From: Octopus bimaculoides | Taxonomy: Eukaryota | Assembly: GCF_001194135.2 (NCBI RefSeq) | Contig: NC_069005.1 | Coordinates: 4,573,753-4,637,752, forward strand | Direction of reading: 5' to 3' | DNA length: 64,000 bases | In this document: positions 12,353 through 25,067 of the stretch, one piece after another | Layout of the letters: each line of letters starts with the position of its first letter | Numbering within the stretch: position 1 is the stretch's first letter | Translations under genes and position numbers: made by a program | Notes under the pieces: model-generated | What the model was told of the DNA's origin: nothing | What the model saw: the letters and a program-made list of their open reading frames with translations, nothing else | The model's database searches: none

Positions 12353-13828
12353 TATACACACATGTTATAGACATTATGTCTAGGATTCGACTCCATATAA
12401 AGCAACGAACATCTGACCTCGGTTGCCTAAACTAAAGAAAGGTCAATGTTGTTTGTCAATTTGAGACAGAAAATACTGACTTTGATATTTGCCAGCGTAA
12501 AGACCCGGCGTTGGCAACGAAATGCTTTCCAATAGCCGACTCACATTTATAATAATGATTTCTTTTCTCAGTATTTCAGTTAGCGATATTTTTGTTGTTC
12601 TTCTTCTTCTTAGTGTTGGTTTTGATGGCGTTGCTATTGTTGCCGGTGCCGTTATTTTTCTATTTGTTTTATTTCAATGTTCTTGTTCTTGTTCATGTTC
12701 TTGTGGTTTTTACAGCCATTGTATCGATGCTTAATTCTTCTTTCTCTACAATCTGAAATGAATCATATTAAAACAGCTTACAATACAAATTACTAAAATA
12801 TATTGCCCTCTTTCCTTTTGCAATTCATTTAGCTGATGTAATTATAATTCATACACACATACACAGGCACACATATATATATATATATGTGTGTATTCAT
12901 AAATACATATATACATGTATATATATATATATATATATNNNNNNNNNNNNNNNNNNNNNNNNNNNNNNNNNNNNNNNNNNNNNNNNNNNNNNNNNNNNNN
13001 NNNNNNNNNNNNNNNNNNNNNNNNNNNNNNNNNNNNNNNNNNNNNNNNNNNNNNNNNNNNNNNNNNNNNNNNNNNNNNNNNNNNNNNNNNNNNNNNNNNN
13101 NNNNNNNNNNNNNNNNNNNNNNNNNNNNNNNNNNNNNNNNNNNNNNNNNNNNNNNNNNNNNNNNNNNNNNNNNNNATATATATATATATATATACATAGA
13201 TGATAGTTATGCCTACATATTGTATGCATACATAAGCATACCTTCACGTACATATACTCAGATATTTATGTATGTTACTGCATGTGTATGTCACCATGGG
13301 TGGGAATGTGTTAGATACAGCTAGGTGGACATACTCTTTCTTATATCTGCAGATAGGTACGTGTGTGTGTGTCGTGATAAGAAGGGTGCTTGAACAAATA
13401 TATTCAAATTAAGAAAACTCAATATTTATGGAGGCTGTATGTCTCGGATACACAACTGAAAAGAATGGGTACTCAGAATATACAAAATCGCATATACAAA
13501 AAAATACACAGAGGACAAAAATTATTTTCAGCCTTTATTTGCGATGCGTTAAACACACAGTTTGAATTACCGTAGATGAGAAATCTCCCTTGCATTCGTT
13601 TCGAGATCAATGATATATATCAATCAAGTACTAATTAGAATTTCTTCAAATTCTTACGCTGATTTCCATATAATAAATTAAATATGCAATCAACTAAGTC
13701 CTTCAAAGCGAAACTACAATTCTCTCTATCTCCGTTTCTCACCTTCTCTCTCACACACACATATATACATATGTGTGTGTATGTGTGGGTGTGTGATGTG
13801 TTCTCTTATTGTGAACGACAAATGTTTA

Positions 13829-14091
13829 TGTTCAAAAAGTATCTTCGTACTTAAACTTTTCATCCTTCGCATGCACAACTTGGCAATAATGCGTGGACGG
13901 CCGAGTGTCAGCCATTGTCCCTCAGTCATTGTGTATACTTCAGCGTGTCGAAATGCTAACCATTAAAGAACGTACCTTTTTAGTTGAATGGGTGTTTCGA
14001 GCTGGGAACAAATACACAGATACTGTGAAACAGAAGTTCAGTGAAACTTTTCCAAACATTTCTGCAGCGATACTTTTTGATCACCCTGTAT
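13829..14091 (+). mobile_element. Internally deleted Tc1/mariner-superfamily element with DUF4817-like transposase N-terminus
   Basis: ATG at 13953 gives MLTIKERTFLVEWVFRAGNKYTDTVKQKFSETFPN; right end ACTTTTTGATCACCCTGTA (reverse complement TACAGGGTGATCAAAAAGT); partial left TIR TGTTCAAAAAGT. Confidence 0.75.
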
Positions 14092-14769
14092 AACAAACAC
14101 ATGAAACTAAATATATTTCCTCTTTCACATCGTAAAAGTACAATTGCTAGCAATGCCACTTCTATAACTTGAAAGGCTGATACAATAAGTCATGTACAGC
14201 CAAAGATTTTCTGGAGTTTTCGCCAAAATAAAATATCTCTCATAGTTCTCAATGGTCTGCATTTTTTCCCTCCTAATTTGCTCTTCATTCATGTAGAAAC
14301 ATATTTACATTCTAACTCGTAAACACAAACACGTACACACATATTCATACACATACATCGCAAAGTAAATATACACCATCACTTTTGGAAATATATTTTT
14401 AGAAATACGATGACATTTGAGACGTTAAAGTATGTTTTCAAACGTTAATTGCCTTTAGAAACAAATTGCTCTTTTCTAAAGAAAATATAAAGCTCATACA
14501 TCATAACTCTTAGCTGAAACGATCAAACACAGTCAAAATTTTAACATCACTTATTTGAATGTAAATGTATTCCTTGTACATAAAAAAGACAATATATAGA
14601 GTGTGAGGTTTTCGATATCAAAGTGTTTTTCAACCAATTGGCAAGTGCTTTGTTAGGTAATACTCGACTCATGATTCATTGATGAAGCATAGATGTTAAC
14701 CATATACTTATATACGCACATACATGTGCGCACAGAGGCAAATATATATACATACATATATAAAACAAA

Positions 14770-15105
14770 TAATAAATGAGTATGTGCGGCCAAGCAATAT
14801 CGTGATAGAAGAACATGTTTCGTCTTCGGAAACTAAACGTTTTCTTTTTTCCCCTAGCGTTGATGTCAATGAATGGTTGAATGAACAAATCCAAGCTTCT
14901 TTGCTAATTCTTCGACAGTTACGATGGCTTTAGTTCCACCACGAAGGGCAGGACATATTTGGCGAGCTCTATAGATATTTCAGGACGAGGCTCATCTTCT
15001 AGGTTCTAGTTTCCGACTCGGAATTTCTGGAACCACCTCTGACGCTCTCTTTCGTTTATTATCCGATCTCCATATACTGCATTAATATTCCTCGCACTTT
15101 CTGTT
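14770..15105 (-). mobile_element. Mariner transposase relic (N-terminal HTH joined by deletion to the second-Asp region)
   Basis: KATESARNINAVYGDR..RQRWFQKFRVGN*NLEDEPRP...IVTVEELAKKLGFVHSTIH, then MFFYHDIAWPH. Confidence 0.85.
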
Positions 15106-15243
15106 GCTTTAGCGGTTCGGTAAACGAAACAGATCAAATAAGTACGAGGCTTACAAAGAATAAGACCTGCTGGCAATATTATGACTAAAGGCGGCGCTCC
15201 AGCATAGACGCAGTCAAATAAATGACTGAGACGATTTAAAGAA
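15105..15243 (+). mobile_element. SINE family B 3' part
   Basis: TTAGCGGTTCGG...AATAAGTACGAGGCTTACAAAGAATAAG...GACTAAAGGCGGCGCTCCAGCAT...GCAGTCAAA. Confidence 0.75.
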
Positions 15244-16164
15244 TNNNNNNNNNNATATATATGTATATATACACACGTCGTCAACATTATTTAGTGTCTA
15301 TTCTTATATGAATGTATATCTACGGCGAGATTGGAGTACGTCATACGTCTTGAATGGAGGGAAATTATTACTTCAACAAGCGATTAAAATGCCGGTGCAG
15401 TCTCATTTTCGACTGAATTTTTATATCTTCATTCCAACCACTCTCAATAGCAGACGTTGTAATATATTTTGTCTGCCGGGCATGATTACTTTTTATAACC
15501 GTGCATTGCGATATTAATAAATTGCGATTTCGAATTGTCTTCATTGAAATTCATTTAATCTAATCCTATTTCTATAATTCTATTCGTATCCACTATTTAA
15601 TACGTATGTTTGTGCTACATACATACTTTATCTATGTATGTGTCTGTGTTTGTTTGTGTGTGCCTATGTCTGTGTGTATGTATGTGTGTATAAATATATA
15701 TACATATATATGTATATATATCTTTATATATTTGTTTATATCTATCTATCTATATATTTATATATATATATATATGTAGGTTTGTATATTCATTTATATA
15801 AGTATGTATAAGTGTATATGTATATACGCACATATATTTGATATGTAGAATCAATATGCAATACTCGTGATTGAAAACTTGTATTAAAAAAAGAACGAAT
15901 CGAAAAACCAACATAACATTAGATTCATGCTATCTCTCAATACATTCATTTCCGTATAATTTGTATCCACCATTAATAAACATATGCGATTAAGTTTGGT
16001 ATATTAGTGGTTTATCTATTACAGTGATATATTCTTTTTTATGTCCAGTACGCCTTAAGCGTTGCCTGGAAGTTGTGCCAAAGCGCTGTTTCAATTCCAT
16101 TGCGCAGCAACTTGAGCAAATATCAATTTCTATACCATCATCATTATCATCATCATCACCTTCA

Positions 16165-16410
16165 TCATCATCATCATCATCATCATTTAATGTCTCTTGT
16201 CCATGCTGGCATGGGTTGGACCAGAGTTTGACCAGGGCTGGCAGGTTGGAAGGCTACATCAGACGCCAGTCGGTTTTGGCATGGTTCGTACGGATGGATG
16301 CTCTTCCTAAGGCTAACCACTCCGAGAATGTAATGGGTGCTTTTACGTGCCACCGGTGGCACGGGTACCATTTGCGTGTCACCGGTATCTGTCTCGACTG
16401 TGGTTTTACT
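16165..16410 (-). mobile_element. Retroposon 3' end with RTE-type tail ending in (GAT)n
   Basis: Reverse complement ...TTAGGAAGAGCATCCATCCGTACGAACCATGCC...CCAACCCATGCCAGCATGGAC..GACATTAAATGATGATG; resembles RTE-LINE/SINE tails recalled from memory. Confidence 0.65.
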
Positions 16411-16561
16411 TAACTTTGTGAATAAAATTCGGTAGAGGGTATCTCGCTCCATAAAAGACGGTCAACGGTATTTTACGTTGTTTTTTTTTTTTTTCAAGAT
16501 GGTCAGACCGCTAAAACTGAGTCTGCTTGAGAAGAAATAAATGGAAACCTGATCTTCTTAT

Positions 16562-16632
16562 TTGTCACTTGTTTCAGTCATTGAGCTGCGACCATGCTGG
16601 GGCAAGGCATTAAAGAATTTTTAGTCGAATTA
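16562..16632 (-). mobile_element. SINE family B tail fragment
   Basis: CTTGTTTCAGTCATTGAGCTGCGACCATGCTGGGGC...TTTAGTCGA is the reverse complement of the family B tail. Confidence 0.55.
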
Positions 16633-16734
16633 ATTTTACCATGTACTTATTTTTTCCAGCAGGATACTGAATGACAAGGCAGAGCGAAATTGCCTAGTCT
16701 GATATCTCGAAGATAGATAGACATATAGATAGTT

Positions 16735-16849
<115 letters not shown>

Positions 16850-17207
16850 AGCGTGTGTACGTGTTTGCGGTCGTGTGTACACGCGTGGATATATATGTAC
16901 GCATGTACGCACATGTGAATGGATATATGAATGTATGTATGTATGTATGCATGTATGTATGCATGTATGTATGTATGTATGCATGTATGCTTCCAAGCAC
17001 TTAGAACTAATGAAAATTAAACTTTCTTCCAGTGAAGAGAAACTTAGCATCCTTTTTCTAACGAATATTGTATATATTTTCTTTACTCAGAGACTAAGAT
17101 CTATGTTTACTAATATATATATACATACCTACACTCACATAGGTATATATACATGCATGGGTTTGTTTGTGTGTAAAAGTATCTATATATATTATATATA
17201 CATATAC

Positions 17208-17242
<35 letters not shown>

Positions 17243-17391
17243 NNNNNNNNNNNNNNNNNNNNNNNNNNNNNNNNNNNNNNNNNNNNNNNNNNNNNNNNNN
17301 NNNNNNNNNNNNNNNNNNNNNNNNNNNNNNNNNNNNNNNNNNNNNNNNNNNNNNNNNNNNNNNNNNNNNNNNNNNNNNNNNNNNNNNNNNN

Positions 17392-17439
<48 letters not shown>

Positions 17440-17569
17440 GAGAGAGTTTATCTGTCTGTATGTATGAATGTATCTTCCAACTGAAATAAATCTAAAAATA
17501 TTCTTTGCTGCACAATTAACAATATCATAAAGAAATCAACAAGCGTTTTTGAAACAGGTGCTAACTCAC

Positions 17570-17622
17570 CGTTAGCAGGATTGAGTAGATTAACCAATTT
17601 TTGTATCGCGTTGGAAATTCAT
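17570..17622 (-). CDS. Candidate internal exon of an unidentified gene
   Basis: GTTATTTTTATCAG acceptor, ACG|GTGAGT donor, 53 nt open in only one frame (xEFPTRYKNWLIYSILLT). Confidence 0.22.
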
Positions 17623-18217
17623 CTGATAAAAATAACTGTATTCTCTCGATACAAAAATAACCTTACAGTTCTGTATAGTGCATGCAACCTTTCTTATACT
17701 AATAACCCTTATGTGCTTGCGATAGGAAGAAAAGTACTTCATCGTGGACGGTTAAATTTAGGATGCATGTTTAATGTAAAATGAAACTTCAGTCTTTATT
17801 GATTTTAGTCGCGTTGCTGCGGCCTCTGTTGCGCACTCCCTGAAAAAATATTTAGTACTTAACGCATTGTAGCTGCGTGTAGTTTTATTGATATGCTAAG
17901 TCGCACGGAAAATCACGATGCAATTTGTGAGGAATACAAGCGATCATATATGCATGCAAATATGAAAATATAATTAAACATACATATGTGTAAATATATA
18001 CAAATATACATATTTAACCACACACACTCATACGCACGCGCACGCACATACACACACACACACATTTCTTTTTGTTTTTTCTTTTTAGTAATTTAAAATA
18101 TTCCTCGGTAAAAAGAGCTGGATTCGAACGTAGTTCCATGATTGGAATGTAGATAAGCAAAACAATGCATGTATGTATATGTTCATGCATATATGTATGT
18201 ATACAAATCATACGATC

Positions 18218-18276
<59 letters not shown>

Positions 18277-18396
18277 TCCCACATTACCGCTTGAGAAACT
18301 TGTGTTATTATGTTTATGTCACCGTACCTCAGCTGTTCGGCGAATAAGAGATGAAGAAAATAAACATGAGGCTTAAAAAAATATGTGCCTCCTTTT

Positions 18397-18605
18397 AGTC
18401 TTGAGCAAAACCCTTCATTTCATGTTGCTCCAGTCCAGTCAGCTGTAAATGTGTAACCTTTGGACGGAATAGAATTCCGCTCAGGCAAAATGCTAGCCTG
18501 CTCGCCTTTCCAGGAGGGTGGCGACATTCGAATGCTAACGCAATGGAGAGCGCATTGTGGCCGGCGTTGTATGACAACATCTGATAGTCTGGTCACATGA
18601 TAACA
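18397..18605 (+). mobile_element. SINE family C body and tail (5' truncated)
   Basis: TCTTGAGCAAAACCCTTCATTTCATGTTGCTCCAGTCCAGTCAGCTGTAAAT matches the body of 40420-40650 and 31795-31945. Confidence 0.7.
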
Positions 18606-21361
18606 AAAACACCATTCCAATCTGGCAGTGAGAGGTCAACAATGTGGTTACTGTACATGTTTTGTGTCTCGGTGGACGTATAGTGTGGATTAATTTGAGT
18701 AGTTTTTAGTTTTGGTTATATCTGCATCGAGAAAATATTCGTAAGTGTTTGGAGATATAATATTAACTTAGACTATTCATAAGTGCATACAAACTGAAGG
18801 AAAGCTAACACACGCTATTTTGTTCAAATAGATTGTACAGTCAGATACAAATACACACTGAGAAACATACAGATACATTCAAATATCAACCGGCAGTTAT
18901 TCACCGTAACACACATAAACAGTGGGGTTCCCACATATACACAAATATAGACACACACACATACACTTAGATTGCAATATCCCCAATATAAACACTTGCA
19001 TGGAGATGAACATAACAAACCTCCTGTTAATCTGAGAGAAATATTGGTATGGCTTTTGCTATTGGCTCCAGTCATCCTGAACTTGAACTCCTAACGATGA
19101 GAAGGTTTTCCTCTGTATGTATCAATGTGTGAATGCGAGACTGTGTGCGTATTTCGGCAGCAGGATATAGTGTTTTTCCTTCTACGCAGTCTGCACACAG
19201 CTAAACACTATTATATTATTGCAATAAGAGATGCAATGGAATCTTAAATTTTAGCAGAGAATTGACACAGACACTGCAACTATTTGGAGATATGGCAGCT
19301 AAATACATCGATTTTCCTCAGCATCTAGTTCAAAAGGTGAAATCATAATACGTAAGAAGTTAGAGTTTTCGACTTGCTAAGACTAATTTGATTTGACTTT
19401 TATCTGTTGGCAATAAAATTATCCCTTGAACCAGATGCCGTTAAGACTCCATCTGCTCTAAGTATAGGACTAATGCAACTGTTGTATTTACTTGTATGTT
19501 TTGATTGGTATCCTCTTTTCGTTCGAGTTTTTTTCCCTTTCTTCTTTATATAATGAATTTATATATTGAATGAATTATATACANNNNNNNNNNNNNNNNN
19601 NNNNNNNNNNNNNNNNNNNNNNNNNNNNNNNNNNNNNNNNNNNNNNNNNNNNNNNNNNNNNNNNNNNNNNNNNNNNNNNNNNNNNNNNNNNNNNNNNNNN
19701 NNNNNNNNNNNNNNNNNNNNNNNNNNNNNNNNNNNNNNNNNNNNNNNNNNNNNNNNNNNNNNNNNNNNNNNNNNNNNNNNNNNNNNNNNNNNNNNNNNNN
19801 NNNNNNNNNNNNNNNNNNNNNNNNNNNNNNNNNNNNNNNNNNNNNNNNNNNNNNNNNNNNNNNNNNNNNNNNNNNNNNNNNNNNNNNNNNNNNNNNNNNN
19901 NNNNNNNNNNNNNNNNNNNNNNNNNNNNNNNNNNNNNNNNNNNNNNNNNNNNNNNNNNNNNNNNNNNNNNNNNNNNNNNNNNNNNNNNNNNNNNNNNNNN
20001 NNNNNNNNNNNNNNNNNNNNNNNNNNNNNNNNNNNNNNNNNNNNNNNNNNNNNNNNNNNNNNNNNNNNNNNNNNNNNNNNNNNNNNNNNNNNNNNNNNNN
20101 NNNNNNNNNNNNNNNNNNNNNNNNNNNNNNNNNNNNNNNNNNNNNNNNNNNNNNNNNNNNNNNNNNNNNNNNNNNNNNNNNNNNNNNNNNNNNNNNNNNN
20201 NNNNNNNNNNNNNNNNNNNNNNNNNNNNNNNNNNNNNNNNNNNNNNNNNNNNNNNNNNNNNNNNNNNNNNNNNNNNNNNNNNNNNNNNNNNNNNNNNNNN
20301 NNNNNNNNNNNNNNNNNNNNNNNNNNNNNNNNNNNNNNNNNNNNNNNNNNNNNNNNNNNNNNNNNNNNNNNNNNNNNNNNNNNNNNNNNNNNNNNNNNNN
20401 NNNNNNNNNNNNNNNNNNNNNNNNNNNNNNNNNNNNNNNNNNNNNNNNNNNNNNNNNNNNNNNNNNNNNNNNNNNNNNNNNNNNNNNNNNNNNNNNNNNN
20501 NNNNNNNNNNNNNNNNNNNNNNNNNNNNNNNNNNNNNNNNNNNNNNNNNNNNNAGGAGGAGGAGGAGGAGGAGGAGGAGGATAACGATGATGTGGATGAT
20601 GATGATCATGATGATGATCATGATGATGATTATGATGATGATTATGATGATCATGGTGAACAACCAAAAGGTCTCAAAATGTTTAATTTAGACTAAGACG
20701 CAATCTGTCCGTGCGCCTCCAGTGCGTATGTACACCCACGCGACTGTGTGTATGATTCCACATTGTGTGTGTGTGTGTTTGTTTGCTTCTTTTCTTGTGT
20801 GTGTCTGTGTAACTCTGTGTGAGTGTGTATGTCTGTGTCTAAGTATTTGTGTGGACGTATGTCTATGGAAGTATATGTGTATGTGTGTGACTATCCATAA
20901 TTTCCAAGCGTATATGGATGTATATGTGTGTGTGGGCGTGTGCATGTATATGTGGTTCTGAGTGAGTAACTGAGTGAGCGTGAGCGTGTGTGTATGTGTC
21001 TGAGAGAGAGAGAGTGTGTGTATATGTGTTTGTATGTGCGTGTATGCGCGTAATTATCCATGTTATTATGTGTTTGCGTATCACAGTCCATTGCCAGTAT
21101 TTGTGTGTATGTGTGTTTGTGTGAGTCTATTTGTGTGAGTATGTTTGTATGTCTGTGTGTCTGTGACTTTGTATGTGCGTGAGCAAGTGTAATTCCAGTC
21201 TGTCTGTACTTGCGTTTGAGTATAGGCGCATATGTGCGTGCATTGTTAGGTGTATGCATATCTAGGCGTATATCAAATAAGCACGGAATCAGTAATGCCA
21301 CGTAAATGACCCCTATGATTAAAACATTTCAACAGACAGACTTACAGAACGACAGACAGTC

Positions 21362-21416
<55 letters not shown>

Positions 21417-21421
21417 CAGAC

Positions 21422-21498
<77 letters not shown>
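21362..21498. repeat. (AGAT)n tetranucleotide repeat
   Basis: Direct reading. Confidence 0.97.
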
Positions 21499-21499
<1 letters not shown>

Positions 21500-21662
21500 G
21501 CATCCCAAGGACTTCTTTTATTTTCCGTCTACCAAAACCACACACAAGGCTTTGGTTGGCCTGAGGCTACAGTAGAAGTCACTAGCTCAAGTTGCCATGC
21601 AGTTGGACTCAATCTGGAACCGTATGGATGGGAATATACTTCCGACACAGCCACGCAACCGA
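21497..21662 (-). mobile_element. SINE family B 5' half
   Basis: TTTCCGTCTACCAAA...CACAAGGCTTTGGTTGGCCTGAGGCTACAGTAGAAG...ACACAGCCAC is the reverse complement of 31979-32130. Confidence 0.75.
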
Positions 21663-21901
21663 CGCAAACGGATGCGACATTTTTCGTATTCTTCAGATAT
21701 GTATATTTTGTCCCTAAACACCGTACTTCCAAAAGTTTTATATCTTAGAATATCTCTCTTCCACAGTGCATTTACATTAAGTATGATATATTTTGTATAA
21801 TACTTGATTAGTAGTACTTTTAAGGAGCACTAAAACACTGTCAACATTATGATGTGCATAACTCTCAAAATACTCCCCGTGCCTGGGGATTGTACACTTA
21901 C

Positions 21902-21922
21902 GGACTCCCTAAACACAGTGGG
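21902..21922 (-). CDS. Candidate 21-nt micro-exon
   Basis: TCATTTTCCCAG|CCCACTGTGTTTAGGGAGTCC|GTAAGT; length divisible by 3; open as PTVFRES or PLCLGS. Confidence 0.3.
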
Positions 21923-22329
21923 CTGGGAAAATGATTGGATGAACGGTATCTTTTTAGAGTAAAACTCACCACGAACCACAATTAATTATCGTAACCTCAT
22001 CTAAGACCGTTTATTTGGTGATGAGCAATAAATAGAAATAAAATGTGGATATATCGTATTTTGCAGCGGAAGCAACGATAACTTTAGAAGAGATTATTGT
22101 ATGATAGGTTAGGGTTTATATAGATGTCTCTATCGTGTTCACACTGCGATGTTTCTCAGTCGCAAATATGTGTTTTATGAACAACTAGATGTATTAAATG
22201 GAAAATTCTTTTTCGAACTAAAGCAATAATTCTTGTAGACTTCAAAACACGAGTTGGCAAACGTTTTGAAATATTGACCTTTTAAGCCATTACACAATGT
22301 AACATTCGAAGTCAAATTGAAACGCTTTA

Positions 22330-23990
22330 CTTTTGTTAAGAATGTGCAGAGTATTCAATCGTATTGTAACATGTTCTTTGAACTTTATGAGATTCACAAA
22401 GGAATCGGATGCGTTCAGGCTCCAAGAAATCGCACATGATTGATTATATGTTAAATAGAAGGAAAGATTGAAATGAAGTGAGCGAGGTCCGAGTTTTAAG
22501 AGGCGCAGGATTTGACACGGATCATAATCTTGCACGAACTAAACTGAGGTTCAAAGTAAGGTCTGAAATTAGAAAGCAGAATTTTCAACGCCTAAAAAGT
22601 TTTATTGGTGTAAAGCTAATCGAAAAATCTGTCAGGGAAGATTACAAGCCAGGCTTTAATTCATTGAAGCATACTGCCAAATGGGATGACTTCAAAATCA
22701 AGGGTTACAAAATTTCAAATCAAGCAGTGGGGTTAAAAATACAAAGGGAAGGACTAGTGTGAAAAAGAATAATAAGCATATATAAAGGTTTTTTTATGCG
22801 TGCAAAGAGACCTACGTAAACAGCTTTGTCAAAATTAAAATTATTGACCCCAAATATAGTTGTTAATTTAAAGAAGGAAATCAAAAGCGTGGAAGTTAAA
22901 TAGCGAATTGAATGTGCGTGTGATCGTCAGAAAGAACACGACAAAAAAATATTATTAAGGGATTTCTCTCTCTTATAAATGAAGTTTATGATCTTCGTTC
23001 AGTTTCTTCTGCTCCCATTAGGGCCAAGGTTGGGAAATCCCTTAATAAGATATCAAAGAAAATCATTCAACGGTAGCACGAATATTGCAGTGATCTGCGA
23101 AATTGCTCGTCATGTATTGATCGTTCATTTCAAGGACTCGTTTAGAAAATCTCTATAAAGCGCGTTCATGAAAACCCAGCTTCTTTCAAGGAAAAGCTGC
23201 TTTGCCTGCATATAAAAATACAAAAACCCTTGGGATCGATGTTATTAGGGGAAAAGAGAACAAATAAGTTAGAGAAAGGAAGTTAGATTTCTGTACAATG
23301 TCGTATACACTCTGTAGAAAAATTATATATTACTTCAAGCAAAAAGAGACGCATTGTTAGACGGCGTATAAGTCAAAAGTTAAGAAAGGCTTATGCGGCA
23401 ATCCTATAGGTATTTCTCTCTCTATGTCTCTGTGTCTCTCACTCTCTCTTTCACACACACACTTACACACACACACACACTGGTGTTATAGAGAAAGTAT
23501 AAAATTATACGCGATAAGCTCATTCAACACATTGCGGTGTCCTTCCCGATTCTTTATCAGATTTTCGCATTAGACAAGGAAACAACGACACGGCTACCGA
23601 TTCTTAAAAAAAACACGAAGAATTCAAAGAGAAGATTATTGATCACTATTGCTGCTTTCATTGATCTCAATAACGATTTGAGTCAGTGAATCGTCATGAA
23701 TTATGCACAATTATTAGAGCATTTGACTACTCCGATAAATTTGCAAATATTATCAAATCCTTTAACCATGGTATGAAAGCTAAGTTGTTTTTGGAAGAGA
23801 AGGTTCAGAACTCTTTTAAATAAGTGGTTGCGTAAAACTGGATGAAGTAACTGCCCTTACATTATTTGACATATTTGACAATAGCTTTTGTGATTGTAAT
23901 CATTGTGAAAGACTACGTGGAGTGTACGATGTCTATTAAAAAAATTGGGATTGCTGCTATAAATAGAAAACTGCAACATATTTCAATTCA
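22330..23990 (+). mobile_element. Decayed RTE-clade LINE (APE endonuclease C-terminus through RT)
   Basis: SKKSHMIDYMLNRRKD*NEVSEVRVLRGAGFDTDHNLARTKL (APE end); KNTKTLGIDVI; AAFIDLN..SVNRHEL..IIRAFDYSDKFANIIKSFNHGMKAKL (RT); many stops and frameshifts. Confidence 0.88.
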
Positions 23991-24004
23991 GATTTTAAAC
24001 TCCT

Positions 24005-24320
24005 TCAAAGTAGTCCCCTTCTAAAGCCATATAATTTATCCACATTTTTTTTCCCCTGATGGAAGCTTTCCTCTAACTCCTTCTTTTGGTATGTCCAGCA
24101 GCTACCTTGTAGCATTTTCTTGGATTTTCTCAACGTCTTGCAATCTTGGAGTTTTTCACTGCGATAGCTGAGCCTTGGTTTCAGTGTTGTAGCCGTGAGG
24201 CCATGACACGTGGCATTCATCTTCCTCGACTCAACTAAGGAAATCATGTGCAGTTGAAGCGCGATCTTGTTTTGAGATGATCACACTCTACCAAATTTAC
24301 TTCCAAGCACTGCAATATAC
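24005..24320 (-). mobile_element. Mariner transposase relic (C-terminus)
   Basis: Minus strand DVEKIQENATR*LLDIPKEG...ALEGDYFEG, a typical mariner end. Confidence 0.7.
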
Positions 24321-24353
24321 ATCGAAATTGGGTGAGAATGTTATAATTTTTTG

Positions 24354-24357
<4 letters not shown>

Positions 24358-24413
<56 letters not shown>

Positions 24414-24430
24414 TTAATAATAATAATAAT
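24358..24430. repeat. (AAT)n microsatellite
   Basis: Direct reading. Confidence 0.95.
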
Positions 24431-24995
24431 GATCAACAATGGTTTGAGCAAGACCGAGGTGGTCTGATAATATCCATAGTCTAAGCTTTTCGCGGTTTGA
24501 AATCCAGCAGGAGAGTGTAATAACTGTTGCTTCTGTGACGACCCTATTAAGAAGACACCTGAGAAATCTACACCCAGAAGTCTGCGAGGAATGGTGAGCA
24601 TTGAGAATCAACGTATGGATGGATAGACGGATGGATGGAATAATAGATGGATGGAGGAAGTGAGTGATTTTTCGATGCATAACAACGGCATTGATAATGA
24701 AGTTAACTGGAATATTGAGAGAGAATAGTGAGGATCAAACGATGAGTAAAAGCTCTAAATACGTAGGGGGGACTTTTGAGATTTCCATAAATATAGATGA
24801 GGATGCCATGAAAACTATCAAAGGATGGACTGAGTGATACATAAGGTGAATAATATATATTAGAAAGTGCATTTGTAGCTTAGATGCTATTGTTTGTATT
24901 CGACAACAGACATACACATGTATGCGAGTCTATGCGTGTGTGTATATATACATATAAACATATATACATATTTATAAATGTATGTAAAAATATAA

Positions 24996-25067
<72 letters not shown>

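Noticed and set aside
17781-17843. MKLQSLLILVALLRPLLRTP* signal-like mini-ORF
   Set aside because: Only 20 codons with an immediate stop and no donor site
18965-19031. Minus-strand exon candidate that links the other candidates in phase
   Set aside because: The donor was chosen inside a TG-repeat edge and two frames are open, so there are too many degrees of freedom to count as support
19255-19336. Plus-strand exon candidates (here RELTQTLQLFGDMAAKYIDFPQHLVQK; also about 27321-27464, 28875-28996, 47468-47514 and 51077-51134)
   Set aside because: Canonical AG/GT around short open frames are expected by chance in 64 kb of AT-rich DNA; no coherent or recognisable protein emerges
24431-24610. 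Unique island next to (AAT)n with a CCFCDD word, a possible RLE-LINE zinc knuckle
   Set aside because: The remaining CCHC and RLE residues are not found
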